A stretch of 64,000 nucleotides of DNA from an uncultured Pelagibacteraceae bacterium (GTDB lineage Bacteria; Pseudomonadota; Alphaproteobacteria; Pelagibacterales; Pelagibacteraceae). A model generated the notes under the pieces. That model was not told where the DNA came from, searched no databases, and worked only from the letters and a program-made list of their open reading frames with translations. Shown here one piece after another: positions 39,535 through 50,300 of this stretch (within the stretch, counting starts at the first letter, position 1; every line of letters starts with the position of its first letter). The stretch is taken from assembly GCA_902623075.1 (NCBI GenBank), contig CACNSD010000005.1, forward strand, positions 17,093 to 81,092, in the 5' to 3' direction. The position numbers and the translations under genes are program-made.

Positions 39535-40953
39535 ATGGGAAATTTAAATTTAATATTACCTGAAATATTTATTTCCCTATCAATCATGTTTTTGCTTATT
39601 TTGGGTGTATTTAAAAAAGATAGCTCTAAAATTACTTTCAATTTATCTTTACTTACAATTTTGATTACATCAATAATAACAATAAATGAAACCTTCTCAG
39701 TAAATAGAGAAACTTTATTTAATGGAAGCTTTATTATTGATCAAATGTCATCATTGATGAAAATTATAACCCTAATTGGCGGATTTTTAGTTTTGGTTAT
39801 TTCATCATCCTATCTAAAAACTTTTAAAATATACAATATAGAATATCCAATTCTAATTCTGAGCTCGATCCTAGGCATGATGGTTATGATTAGTTCAAAT
39901 GATTTAATTGTCTTTTATATGGGACTTGAATTACAGTCATTAGCTCTTTACGTATTAGCTACTTATAATAGAGATCAACTAAAATCATCTGAAGCTGGTT
40001 TGAAATATTTCGTTTTAAGTGCTCTTTCATCAGGATTATTATTATATGGATGTTCATTAGTTTATGGTTTTTCTGGTTCGACAAATTATGATATAATATC
40101 AAATAAATTAAATTCTGATGAATACGTTTTGACATTCGGAATTGTGTTCATTTTAGTTGGTTTAGCATTTAAAATTTCAGCAGTTCCGTTTCATATGTGG
40201 GCACCAGATGTTTACGAGGGATCTCCAACAACTGTAACCTTATTTTTTACAATAGTACCAAAAATAGCCGCCTTAACAGTATTTATAAGATTTTTATATG
40301 TTCCTTTTTTAAATTTAATTGACCAATGGCAAATGATAATTGTTTTCTTGTCAATTGCCTCAATGATATTTGGGGCAGTCGCTGCCATAGGGCAAACAAA
40401 TATTAAAAGATTAATTGCTTACAGTTCTATAAGTCATATTGGTTACACATTGGCAGGTTTAGCCACCGCAACAAATGAGGGAATACAAAGTTCAATAATC
40501 TACATTTCAATATATGTAGTGATGAACTTAGCTTTTTTCTCTTGCTTGTTGATGTTAAAAAGAAAAGATCAATATTATGAGAATATTGATGATCTTTCTG
40601 GATTATCAAAAAATCACCCTTTATTATCATTATGTTTATTATTAATTTTATTTTCTTTAGCAGGAATACCACCTTTAGCGGGCTTCTTTGCAAAATTTTA
40701 TGTTTTTAAAGCTGTACTAGAACAATCAATGTATTTTTTAGCTATTGTTGGATTGTTATCGACCGTAGTAGCAGCTTTTTATTATTTAAGAATTATAAAA
40801 ATAATTTATTTTGATAAAGAAAAAGATAAATATGATACTGATCATAGCTTATGGTTGAAATTTTCACTTACAGTTTCAACAGTATTAATTCTTTTTTACT
40901 TCATATTTCCAAGCCAGTTAATAGAAGTGGTATCAAGAATTAATATAATTTAA
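39535..40953 (+). CDS. nuoN: NADH-quinone oxidoreductase subunit N
   Basis: 472 aa. FHMWAPDVYEGSPT and AYSSISHIGY. Last gene of the nuo array. Confidence 0.95.
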   Translation: MGNLNLILPEIFISLSIMFLLILGVFKKDSSKITFNLSLLTILITSIITINETFSVNRETLFNGSFIIDQMSSLMKIITLIGGFLVLVISSSYLKTFKIYNIEYPILILSSILGMMVMISSNDLIVFYMGLELQSLALYVLATYNRDQLKSSEAGLKYFVLSALSSGLLLYGCSLVYGFSGSTNYDIISNKLNSDEYVLTFGIVFILVGLAFKISAVPFHMWAPDVYEGSPTTVTLFFTIVPKIAALTVFIRFLYVPFLNLIDQWQMIIVFLSIASMIFGAVAAIGQTNIKRLIAYSSISHIGYTLAGLATATNEGIQSSIIYISIYVVMNLAFFSCLLMLKRKDQYYENIDDLSGLSKNHPLLSLCLLLILFSLAGIPPLAGFFAKFYVFKAVLEQSMYFLAIVGLLSTVVAAFYYLRIIKIIYFDKEKDKYDTDHSLWLKFSLTVSTVLILFYFIFPSQLIEVVSRINII

Positions 40954-41489
40954 TGAAACTTAAAAGATTCAAATTCAAAAGAGTTAATAGCACCAATAAT
41001 ACAGCTATAAGAATTATAAAAGAAAGTAATTATAATATAGGTATGGTTATTGCTGAAACACAAACAAAGGGTAGAGGACAGTACGGACGAAAATGGATTT
41101 CATCAAAAGGAAATTTGTTTGTGTCATTTTTTAATGAGTTAAATAAAAAAAATTTATCAATAAATACTATAACTAAAATCAATTGTCTTTTAGTTAAAAA
41201 ATTACTTTCTACATTTACAAAAAAAAAAATAACATTTAAAAAACCAAACGATCTTTTAATTGATAAAAAAAAAATAAGTGGAATTTTACAAGAAGTTATA
41301 TTTTTAAATAAAAAAAAATTTTTAATCACAGGTATAGGTATAAATATAAAAAAAAATCCATATGTCAAAAATTATCCCGCTACTAACTTGCAAGAAGTAA
41401 CTAAAAAAAATATTAGTAAATTAAATGTAGAGAATAAACTTAAACAACTTTTTGAAAAAAGTTTATTTAAATTATATAAAATTAAATAA
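40953..41489 (+). CDS. birA: Biotin--[acetyl-CoA-carboxylase] ligase, minimal 178-aa form
   Basis: QTKGRGQYGRKWISSKGNLFVSF (GRGRxGRxW biotin loop), KKPNDLLIDKKKISGIL (KWPND-like) and GIGINI. Sits in the conserved position after nuoN. Confidence 0.75.
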   Translation: MKLKRFKFKRVNSTNNTAIRIIKESNYNIGMVIAETQTKGRGQYGRKWISSKGNLFVSFFNELNKKNLSINTITKINCLLVKKLLSTFTKKKITFKKPNDLLIDKKKISGILQEVIFLNKKKFLITGIGINIKKNPYVKNYPATNLQEVTKKNISKLNVENKLKQLFEKSLFKLYKIK

Positions 41490-42235
41490 TGTATATTCTT
41501 GGTGATATAGGTAATACTGAAACTAAAATTTGTATTGTTTCTAAAAAAAATAAAATATTAAAAAAAATTACTTTTTTGTCTAAATCTGTGAATATCAAAC
41601 AACTTAATAGTTTATTTAAAAAAAATAAAATCAAACTAAATAAAATAGAAAAAATTTTATTTTGTAGTGTCGTACCTATTACATTCAAAATAATTAAAAA
41701 ATTTTTATCAAAAAAAATTAAAGTAAATTGTTTAGAAGTAAAAAACTTAAACTTGAAATCACTTATAAAAATTAAAGTAGACTATAAACAAGTAGGCTCT
41801 GATAGAATTACTAATGCAATTAGTTTAAAAGATAATAAAAATAATTTTATTATTTTAGATTTTGGAACGGCAACAACTTTCGATGTTCTTGTTAAAGGGA
41901 CTTATTTTGGAGGAATTATTGCTCCTGGTGTAAGATTATCTCTAAATACATTATCTGATAAAGCTTCTTTAATTCCAAAAATAGAATTAAAAAAAATCAA
42001 TAAAGTTATCGGCAATAATACAATCAGTGCTGTTAGATCAGGATTTTTTTGGGGTTATGCAGGTTTAATTGACAATATTATTAATTTAATTAAGAAGGAG
42101 ACTAGAAAATCTTTTAAAGTAATTGTTACAGGAGGATTTTCAAATTTATTTAAAAATTCAATTAAAACGAAAGTAATTCATAACCAAGACATTACAATTA
42201 AAGGTCTAATAAAAATTTCAAAACTAATTAAATAA
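41489..42235 (+). CDS. coaX: Type III pantothenate kinase
   Basis: MYILGDIGNTETK (DxGNT), ILDFGTATTFD and GGFS near the C-terminus. Confidence 0.85.
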   Translation: MYILGDIGNTETKICIVSKKNKILKKITFLSKSVNIKQLNSLFKKNKIKLNKIEKILFCSVVPITFKIIKKFLSKKIKVNCLEVKNLNLKSLIKIKVDYKQVGSDRITNAISLKDNKNNFIILDFGTATTFDVLVKGTYFGGIIAPGVRLSLNTLSDKASLIPKIELKKINKVIGNNTISAVRSGFFWGYAGLIDNIINLIKKETRKSFKVIVTGGFSNLFKNSIKTKVIHNQDITIKGLIKISKLIK

Positions 42236-42236
42236 A

Positions 42237-43895
42237 ATGAAAGACGAACTGTTATTTTGTCCATTGGGTGGATCAGGTGAAATAGGAATGAATATGAATT
42301 TGTTTGGGTATGGGCAGCCCAGTGATCATAAATGGATTATGGTGGACATAGGAGTAACGTTTGCAGATGATACTATTCCTGGTGTTGATTTAATATACCC
42401 AGATCCAGGCTTTATTGTTGAAAGAAAAGATAATTTATTAGGAATTGTTGTAACTCATGCACACGAAGATCATATTGGCGCAATTGCTCATTTGTGGCCA
42501 AAGCTTAAATGTAAAATATTTGCAACACCATTTACAGCACTTCTAATTAGAGAAAAATTTAAAGAGAAACAAATTGATATAACTAATGATTTAAAAATTG
42601 TAGAGCTAAATGGTAAAGTTTCGTTAGATCCTTTTGAAATTGAGTATATTACATTAACACATTCTATATTAGAGCCAAATGGTTTAAGAATTCAAACACC
42701 AGTAGGTTCTATTTTGCATACAGGTGATTGGAAAGTTGATCCAGACCCATTGGTTGGTGATAAAACAAATGAAAAAAGATTAAAAGAGATAGGCGAAGAA
42801 GGTGTTTTAGCAATGATCTGCGACTCTACTAACGTTATGAGTGCAGGCAAAGCAGGTTCTGAATTAGATGTTAGGAAAAGTATGTTAAACATAATGTCTA
42901 GATTAAATAAAAGAATAATCATTACTTCTTTCGCATCTAATGTAGCTCGAATGGAAACAGCATTTTATTGTGCAGAGCAAATCGGTAGACAAATTTCATT
43001 AGTTGGAAGGTCAATGCATCGAATTTACAAGGCTGCAAGACAATGTGGATATTTAAAAAATACTATTGAACCAATTGATGCTCGTGAGGCAAAAAATTTC
43101 TCTAGAGAGAAAATTGTATATTTGTGTACTGGAAGTCAGGGCGAGCCGATGGGTGCAATGATGAGAATTTCTAGCTATGTACATCCTGATGTTTTTATCG
43201 AACAAGGTGATGCAGTAATATTTTCATCCAAAATTATCCCAGGAAATGAAAAAAAACTTTACAAACTTCATAATCAACTAGTTAAAGACGGTATAGAAGT
43301 AATTTCAGAAGAAAATGAATTTGTTCACGTCTCTGGTCACCCTAATAGAGAAGATTTAAAAGAAATGTATCAATGGGTAAAACCAAAATGTGTAATACCG
43401 GTACATGGCGAACACAGACATATGATTGAGCACATAAGTTTTGCTAAAGAAATGCAAGTTCCTCACCCAGTTCAAGTTGAAAATGGTGATATAGTTAAAC
43501 TTTTTCCAGGAGATAAACCAGAGGTTTATGATAAAGCGCCAAGCGGGAGACTATATTTAGATGGAAATGTAAGCATTGATCCAGACTCACAGTCATTAAA
43601 AGACAGAAAAAATTTAAGTGCAAATGGATATTTAGAAGTAACTATTATGATTACTCCAAAAGGGAATATTCATAATGATCCAATACTCTCATTTAGGGGT
43701 ATACCAGTTGAAGATAAAGATGATTTCACATATGGTCTGATTGAAGAAATTGAAATTATTTCGAGAACATTTAAAGTTGGAAGCAAACAACAAGAGCACA
43801 ATTTAATTGATGCACTAAAAATTGCTTGTAGGAAATTTTCTAAAGAGAGAACAGGAAAAAAACCCTATACCAATATCAACTTAGTAAGAATTTAA
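42237..43895 (+). CDS. rnj: Ribonuclease J (metallo-beta-lactamase/beta-CASP)
   Basis: PLGGSGEIGMN, VVTHAHEDHIGA, and a C-terminal HVSGHPNRED...PVHGEHRH. Confidence 0.9.
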   Translation: MKDELLFCPLGGSGEIGMNMNLFGYGQPSDHKWIMVDIGVTFADDTIPGVDLIYPDPGFIVERKDNLLGIVVTHAHEDHIGAIAHLWPKLKCKIFATPFTALLIREKFKEKQIDITNDLKIVELNGKVSLDPFEIEYITLTHSILEPNGLRIQTPVGSILHTGDWKVDPDPLVGDKTNEKRLKEIGEEGVLAMICDSTNVMSAGKAGSELDVRKSMLNIMSRLNKRIIITSFASNVARMETAFYCAEQIGRQISLVGRSMHRIYKAARQCGYLKNTIEPIDAREAKNFSREKIVYLCTGSQGEPMGAMMRISSYVHPDVFIEQGDAVIFSSKIIPGNEKKLYKLHNQLVKDGIEVISEENEFVHVSGHPNREDLKEMYQWVKPKCVIPVHGEHRHMIEHISFAKEMQVPHPVQVENGDIVKLFPGDKPEVYDKAPSGRLYLDGNVSIDPDSQSLKDRKNLSANGYLEVTIMITPKGNIHNDPILSFRGIPVEDKDDFTYGLIEEIEIISRTFKVGSKQQEHNLIDALKIACRKFSKERTGKKPYTNINLVRI

Positions 43896-44140
43896 TGAGC
43901 ATAACTGGGTTAGCTATTATCTACATTATTATATGGTGGATAGTATTCTTTGCTATTTTACCTATTGATGTAAATCGTACAAAGACTGTCAAAATTGATG
44001 GTGAGGATCCAGGTTCTCCTGAAAATCCAAAAATGTTGAAAAAATTCTTATATTGTACAGGAATTACTACTGTTATTTTCATTATAATTTACTTATTAAT
44101 TAAATTTGAATATTTAAATTTAAGAAATATGATTAATTAA
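43895..44140 (+). CDS. DUF1467-family small membrane protein
   Basis: 81 aa with two TM segments. IIWWIVFFAILPIDV and ...PGSPENPK. Lies in the conserved alphaproteobacterial position just upstream of proS. Confidence 0.65.
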   Translation: MSITGLAIIYIIIWWIVFFAILPIDVNRTKTVKIDGEDPGSPENPKMLKKFLYCTGITTVIFIIIYLLIKFEYLNLRNMIN

Positions 44141-44141
44141 G

Positions 44142-45476
44142 ATGCTTTTATCAAATTTGTTTATACCTATATTAAAAAATAATCCATCAGAAGCTAAAAT
44201 TAAATCACACCAATTAATGCTAAGAGTTGGAATGATAAAACAAGCATCAGCAGGAATATATTCATGGTTACCTTTAGGTTTTAAGGTTATGAAAAAAATA
44301 GAGGACATTGTAAGGCAAGAGCAAAATAAAATTGGAGCTCAAGAAATATTAATGCCAACAATTCAATCCAGTGAAATTTGGAAAGAAAGTGGTCGTTATG
44401 AAGACTATGGTGAGGAGATGCTTAGAATAACTGACCGTCAAAATAGAGAAATGTTATATGGACCAACCAATGAAGAGCAAGTTACTGAAATTTTTAGATC
44501 CTCAATAAAATCTTATAAATCACTCCCACAACTTTTGTATCATATACAATGGAAGTTCAGAGATGAAATTAGACCTAGATTTGGAATTATGCGTGGTAGA
44601 GAGTTTTACATGAAAGATGCCTATTCATTTGATGTATCAGATGAAGAAGCTTTTTATTCTTATAATAAATTCTTTCTTTCTTATTTAAGAACATTTAAAA
44701 GATTATCTTTGACAGCGATACCCATGGCTGCTGATACAGGACCTATAGGTGGAAACTTATCACATGAATTTATTATTCTTGCTGATACTGGAGAAAGTAA
44801 AATTTTCACAGATAAAAGAATATTTGATCTTGATAGTGATGATACTGAAATAGAAAAAGTATCATTGGAAAGTATGAGAAAAAAATATGAACAGTTTTAT
44901 GCTGTAACTGATGAAAAGTTTAATAAAGAAGAGTTTGAAAAAATTGTTTCTAAGGAAAATCAATTGATAACAAAAGGTATTGAAGTAGGTCATATATTTT
45001 ATTTTGGTGACAAGTATTCAAAACCAATGGGAGCATCTGTTGATTTAGCAGGAGGAAAAAAAGATTTTGTTAAAATGGGTTCTTATGGAATTGGTGTATC
45101 AAGGTTAGTAGGGGCCATAATTGAGGCAAAATATGATGACAAAAATGAAATCATGAAATGGCCATTGTCTGTTGCTCCTTATGATATTGCTTTAATACCT
45201 ATGATAAATAAAAATGACACCTCAGCTTTAGATAAAGCAAATAATATCAATATAGAATTAATCAAAAATAATATTGATACAATCATTGATGATACAGATG
45301 AGAATTTCTCATCAAAAATTAAAAAAATGAATTTAATTGGTGCCCCATATCAAATTATTATTGGTAAGAAAAGTGAGGGTGATTTATTAGAGTTCAAGGA
45401 AACCGGTGGTGAAACTCAAAATTTACCATTAAGTAAAATTATAGAAATTATAACTAAACAAAAAAATTCAATTTGA
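44142..45476 (+). CDS. proS: Proline--tRNA ligase (short form without INS editing domain)
   Basis: Class II motifs WKFRDEIRPRFGIMRGREFYMKDAYSF and GSYGIGVSRL. 444 aa. Confidence 0.95.
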   Translation: MLLSNLFIPILKNNPSEAKIKSHQLMLRVGMIKQASAGIYSWLPLGFKVMKKIEDIVRQEQNKIGAQEILMPTIQSSEIWKESGRYEDYGEEMLRITDRQNREMLYGPTNEEQVTEIFRSSIKSYKSLPQLLYHIQWKFRDEIRPRFGIMRGREFYMKDAYSFDVSDEEAFYSYNKFFLSYLRTFKRLSLTAIPMAADTGPIGGNLSHEFIILADTGESKIFTDKRIFDLDSDDTEIEKVSLESMRKKYEQFYAVTDEKFNKEEFEKIVSKENQLITKGIEVGHIFYFGDKYSKPMGASVDLAGGKKDFVKMGSYGIGVSRLVGAIIEAKYDDKNEIMKWPLSVAPYDIALIPMINKNDTSALDKANNINIELIKNNIDTIIDDTDENFSSKIKKMNLIGAPYQIIIGKKSEGDLLEFKETGGETQNLPLSKIIEIITKQKNSI

Positions 45477-46705
45477 TTTCTACTTTAGAAAAAGAAATTA
45501 CTTTTAGATTTTTAAAAGCCAGAAAAAAAGATGGCTTTTTGAATGTTATATCTATTTTCTCTTTTATAGGAATAAGTCTTGGAGTTGCAGTTCTTATTAT
45601 TGTGATGTCTGTTATGAACGGATTTAGGACAGAGCTCATTAATAAAATAGTAGGCTTTAACTCACACATAACAGTTAAAACTTATGGAAATCCTATTGAT
45701 GAAAAAAAAATAAATAAAAAAAATTTAGAATTAATTTCAGAAAATATTATTTTAAGTAATTCTGGTGAAGCTATTATACTTAAAAACGATACATCTAAAG
45801 GAATAGTTTTACGTGGATATGAAAAGGATGCTTTTTCAAGTTTAGAAATCGTTAAAAACGAAAAATTTAAAGGCAACAAAAATCAATTAAATGGAAATTT
45901 TATATCGATAGGAAATGAATTAAGTTTTTCTTTAAATCTTAAAATAGGTGATGAATTAACTTTACTTTCACCATCTGGTGTAGAAACAATAATTGGTAGT
46001 ATGCCAAAACAAAAAACATTTTTGGTAACATCAATTTATAATAGTGGTTTGGCTGAGTTTGATAATAATATTGCATTTATAAATTTAAGTACTCTTGAAG
46101 ATTTCTTTGACTACAAGTCAGAGGATAGAAATTTAGAAATTTATTTAAAAAATCCTAATAAAATTGAGCAACAAAAATTCATTGTTCAAGAAATTTTTGA
46201 TGAGGAATTTGTTTTTAGCTGGGCTGATATGAATAGTTCATTATTTTCTGCTTTAAAAGTTGAGAGAAATGTCATGTTTATTATCCTATCTTTAATAATT
46301 ATTGTTGCTGCTTTTAATATAATTTCTGGATTAACTATTTTAGTTAAAAATAAAACAAGAGATATTGCAATTTTGAAATCAATTGGTGTTTTAAATAAAT
46401 CAATTGTAAAAATATTTTTTTTAGTAGGGGTAATAATAGGAACATCTGCTACTATTTTTGGAATTTTTTTAGGTGTAACGTTTTCTCTTTACATAGAAAA
46501 TTTTAGACAATTCCTTAGCTCAACATTTAATATTAGCTTATTTCCAGAAGAAATTTATTTTTTAAGCAAGATGCCTTCAGAAATAGATCCTACATCAATT
46601 TTTTTAATTTCAATTTGCTCAATATTAATAACAATTATTGTATCAATTTTTCCTGCGTTTAAAGCTGCTAAACTAGACCCAATTAAATCTTTAAAATATG
46701 AATAA
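45473..46705 (+). CDS. lolC: Lipoprotein-releasing system permease (LolC/LolE family)
   Basis: FtsX-type permease with N-terminal FRFLKARKKDGFLNVIS, a large periplasmic loop and 3 C-terminal TM segments ending KLDPIKSLKYE. TTG start overlapping the proS TGA. Confidence 0.85.
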   Translation: MISTLEKEITFRFLKARKKDGFLNVISIFSFIGISLGVAVLIIVMSVMNGFRTELINKIVGFNSHITVKTYGNPIDEKKINKKNLELISENIILSNSGEAIILKNDTSKGIVLRGYEKDAFSSLEIVKNEKFKGNKNQLNGNFISIGNELSFSLNLKIGDELTLLSPSGVETIIGSMPKQKTFLVTSIYNSGLAEFDNNIAFINLSTLEDFFDYKSEDRNLEIYLKNPNKIEQQKFIVQEIFDEEFVFSWADMNSSLFSALKVERNVMFIILSLIIIVAAFNIISGLTILVKNKTRDIAILKSIGVLNKSIVKIFFLVGVIIGTSATIFGIFLGVTFSLYIENFRQFLSSTFNISLFPEEIYFLSKMPSEIDPTSIFLISICSILITIIVSIFPAFKAAKLDPIKSLKYE

Positions 46706-47375
46706 TTTTCTTGAATTAAAAAAAATATTTAAAACTTTTAAAATTGAAAAAACAGTTAAAGTATTAAAAAATCTTTCTCAAAAATTTGATAAAGGTAAAA
46801 GCTATTCTATAATGGGGCCATCTGGGTCAGGTAAATCAACTCTATTAAATTTAATTTCATTGATAGATAGACCATCATCTGGGTCAATCCATTTTGATAA
46901 AATTCCTGTAAATTTTAATGAATCTGAAAAAAATGATGTTTATAGATCCAAAAAAATAGGAATTGTTTATCAACAAAATAATCTTCTCCCAGATTTTACT
47001 GCTTTAGAAAATATATATTTGGCCTCACTTGCAATTAATGACAATAAAGAATTAGCAATATCTAATGCAGAAAAATTACTCAAAAAGATTGGTCTTTCTA
47101 AGAGAGCAGATCACTTTCCATCTCAACTATCAGGTGGTGAGGCTCAAAGAGTTGCTATAGCAAGAGCAATTGTAAATGATCCTGAAATTATTTTAGCAGA
47201 TGAGCCAACTGGAAGTTTGGATATGGAAACTGCGAAAGATGTTTTTGAACTTTTAAATAAACAAAAAAGGTCGGATAGACTTATTATATTTGCAACTCAT
47301 AATAGATTCTTTGCTAATAAGGCAGATTGCCTATTGGAGATGATAGATGGTAGTATAAAATCATCTAATGTCTGA
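46698..47375 (+). CDS. lolD: Lipoprotein-releasing system ATP-binding protein
   Basis: Walker A GPSGSGKST, signature LSGGEAQRVAIARA and Walker B ILADEPTGSLD. Confidence 0.9.
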   Translation: MNNFLELKKIFKTFKIEKTVKVLKNLSQKFDKGKSYSIMGPSGSGKSTLLNLISLIDRPSSGSIHFDKIPVNFNESEKNDVYRSKKIGIVYQQNNLLPDFTALENIYLASLAINDNKELAISNAEKLLKKIGLSKRADHFPSQLSGGEAQRVAIARAIVNDPEIILADEPTGSLDMETAKDVFELLNKQKRSDRLIIFATHNRFFANKADCLLEMIDGSIKSSNV

Positions 47376-50300
47376 GTCTCATTCTCAAAATTTCAATCAT
47401 CTTAAAATTCATACTCAATATTCTATTTGCGAAGGAGCAGCTAGAATTGATGATTTACAAGAATATTCTAAGAAAAATAAAATAAAATCACTTGGGTTGT
47501 GTGACACTTCAAATTTATGTGGAGCGCTTGAATTTGCTGAAAAGATCTCAAAGTCTGGAACTCAGCCAATAATTGGTACTTTAATTAATTTTAAAATCGG
47601 AGAAACAACAGGTTTACTACCTTTGTTTGCTTTAAATGAAGTTGGATATAAAAATATAATAAAACTTTCATCTTTATCGTATTTGGAAAACGATGAATTG
47701 TCAGATCCACATGTAGATTTTGAATTATTATTAAGCAATTCCAAAGGTGTTGCTGTATTTTCAGGAACTGTTTTTGGTTTATTTGGTAAATTATTTGACA
47801 AAGGAAAGTTTAGTGAAATTGATGAACTTTATAATAAAATTAAAAATGCTTTTGAAGACAGGTTTTATTTAGAGATTCAAAGACATAATGATCAAAATGA
47901 AATTGGATTTGAAAAATTTAATTTAAAAAAATCATTAGATTTGGAAATACCTATTATTGCAACCAATGAAGTTTTTTATTTAGATAAAGAAATGCATGAA
48001 GCACACGATGCTTTAATTTGTATTGGTAACAAGACATATGTAAATGAAAAAAATAGATTAAGATTTACTGACCAACATTATTTAAAAACTAACTCAGAGA
48101 TGTCTGAATTATTTGCTGATTTACCTGAGGCTTTAGAAAATAATTATAATTTTCCATTAAGATGCAGTTATAGACCATCATTTTCTAACCCTATATTACC
48201 TAATATTAGTAGTGAGAAAGATGGCAATGCAGATGAAATTTTAAAAAAAGATTCAATAGAAGGACTAAAAGTAAAATTCAATAATATTTTTAATTTAAGT
48301 GATAAAGATTTAGAAAATAACAATTCTTATAAAGAATATAAGGATAGACTTAATCATGAGCTTTCAATTATCATAGAAATGAAATATTCTAGTTATTTTC
48401 TAATAGTTGCTGACTATATTAAATGGGCTAAAAATAATGATATTCCTGTAGGTCCTGGAAGAGGTTCAGGTGCTGGTTCTTTAGTAGCTTGGTGCTTATC
48501 AATTACAGATGTTGATCCAATAAAATTTAATCTTATTTTTGAAAGATTTTTAAATCCAGATAGAATTTCAATGCCAGATTTTGATATAGACTTTTGCGAG
48601 GATAAAAGAGATCAAGTATTTGAGTATCTAACAACAAAATACAAAGATAGCGTAGCTCACATTATAACATTTGGTAAATTAAAAGCCCGAATGGTAATTA
48701 GAGACGTTGGGCGAGTTTTGGGTTTAGCTTATGGATTTGTTGATAGCATATCAAAAATGATACCTTTTGATCCATCTAGACCACAAAATTTAACTCAGTG
48801 CATAGCTGGAGAGCCACGATTACAAAAACTTATAAATGACGATCCAAGGGTAAAGAAACTTACTGATCTATCTTTAAAATTAGAAGGTCTTAACAGAAAC
48901 GTTGCTACACATGCAGCTGGAGTAGTAATAGCAGACAAAAAACTCACTGAAGTTGTTCCATTGTATAAAGATGTTTCTGCAGATTTATTATTACCATCTA
49001 CTCAATTCGATATGTACTCAGCAGAAAATGCAGGTTTAATTAAATTTGATTTTTTGGGCTTAAAAACGCTTACTGTAATTAACAACACACAAAAACTTGT
49101 AAGAAAAAAAATTAAAGATTTTGATATAGAAAAAATAAGTTACGAAGATCAAAAAGTTTTTGATCTAATGTCCACAGGTAAAACAGTTGGCTTATTCCAA
49201 ATTGAAAGTGCTGGTATGAGAGAAGCCTTAATTCAAATGAAACCAAATCATATTGAAGATATTATTGCCTTAGTTGCTTTATACAGACCGGGACCAATGA
49301 GCAATATTCCAACATATAATGACTGTAAACATGGAAAACAAAAACCAGATTATTTACACCCACTTCTAGAAGATATTTTAAAACCAACTTATGGTGTAAT
49401 TATTTATCAAGAACAGGTAATGCAGATTGCACAAAAATTATCTGGATTTACAGCAGGACAAGCTGATCTTTTGAGAAGAGCAATGGGTAAAAAGAAAAGA
49501 GCAGAACTTGAAAAACAGAAACAGGGGTTTATTGCTGGAGCTGTTAAAAATGGAATCGCAAAAGATGTTGCTGCTGGAATTTTTTTAAAAATTGAACCTT
49601 TTGCAGAATATGGTTTTAATAAAAGTCACGCTGCTGCGTATGCAATTATTTCTTACCAAACAGCATTTTTAAAAACATATTATCCAAAAGAGTTTATTGC
49701 AGCATCAATGACTATGGATATATCTAATCAAAATAAACTAAGTGAATTTTATGAAGAATTAAAAAGATTAAATGTTGAAGTTGTCCGTCCAGATATAAAC
49801 GAATGTTTTGCTGATTTTAGAACAATTGATAATAAATTTTATTATGCGTTGGGAGGAATTAAAGCTGTAGGTTATGAGGCAATATCAAATATAGTTGGGG
49901 AAAGAATTTTAAATGGAAAATTTGAGTCAATTCATGATTTTATAAATAGAGTAAATCCAAAAGATATAAACAAACTTCAATTGGAAGGTTTAGTTAAAGC
50001 AGGTGCTTTTGATAATTTAAACTCAAATAGACTAGCATTGTTCGACTCTATTCCTAATATAATTGCAAAAAACAAAAATATATTTGATAATAAGACTGCC
50101 AATCAGATTGATTTATTTTCAGAGAATGAAAGTGTCCAAGATGATATTTTAATTAAAACTGAAGATTGGAAATTTGAAGAAAGATTATCAAAGGAATTTG
50201 AGTCAGTAGGTTTCTTTATTTCAGATCACCCCTTAAATCAATTTACAGAAATCTTTGACGATTATAAAATAATTGATCATTCAACTTTTATTTCAAAAGA

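Noticed and set aside
45473..45475. The TTG start of lolC as a sign of frameshift or pseudogenisation.
   Set aside because: The reading frame is intact, and the N-terminus aligns with the usual LolC/E start (F-x-x-x-x-A-x-R-Y/F-L). The next ATG would delete the first TM segment. A non-ATG start overlapping the proS stop is the simplest reading.
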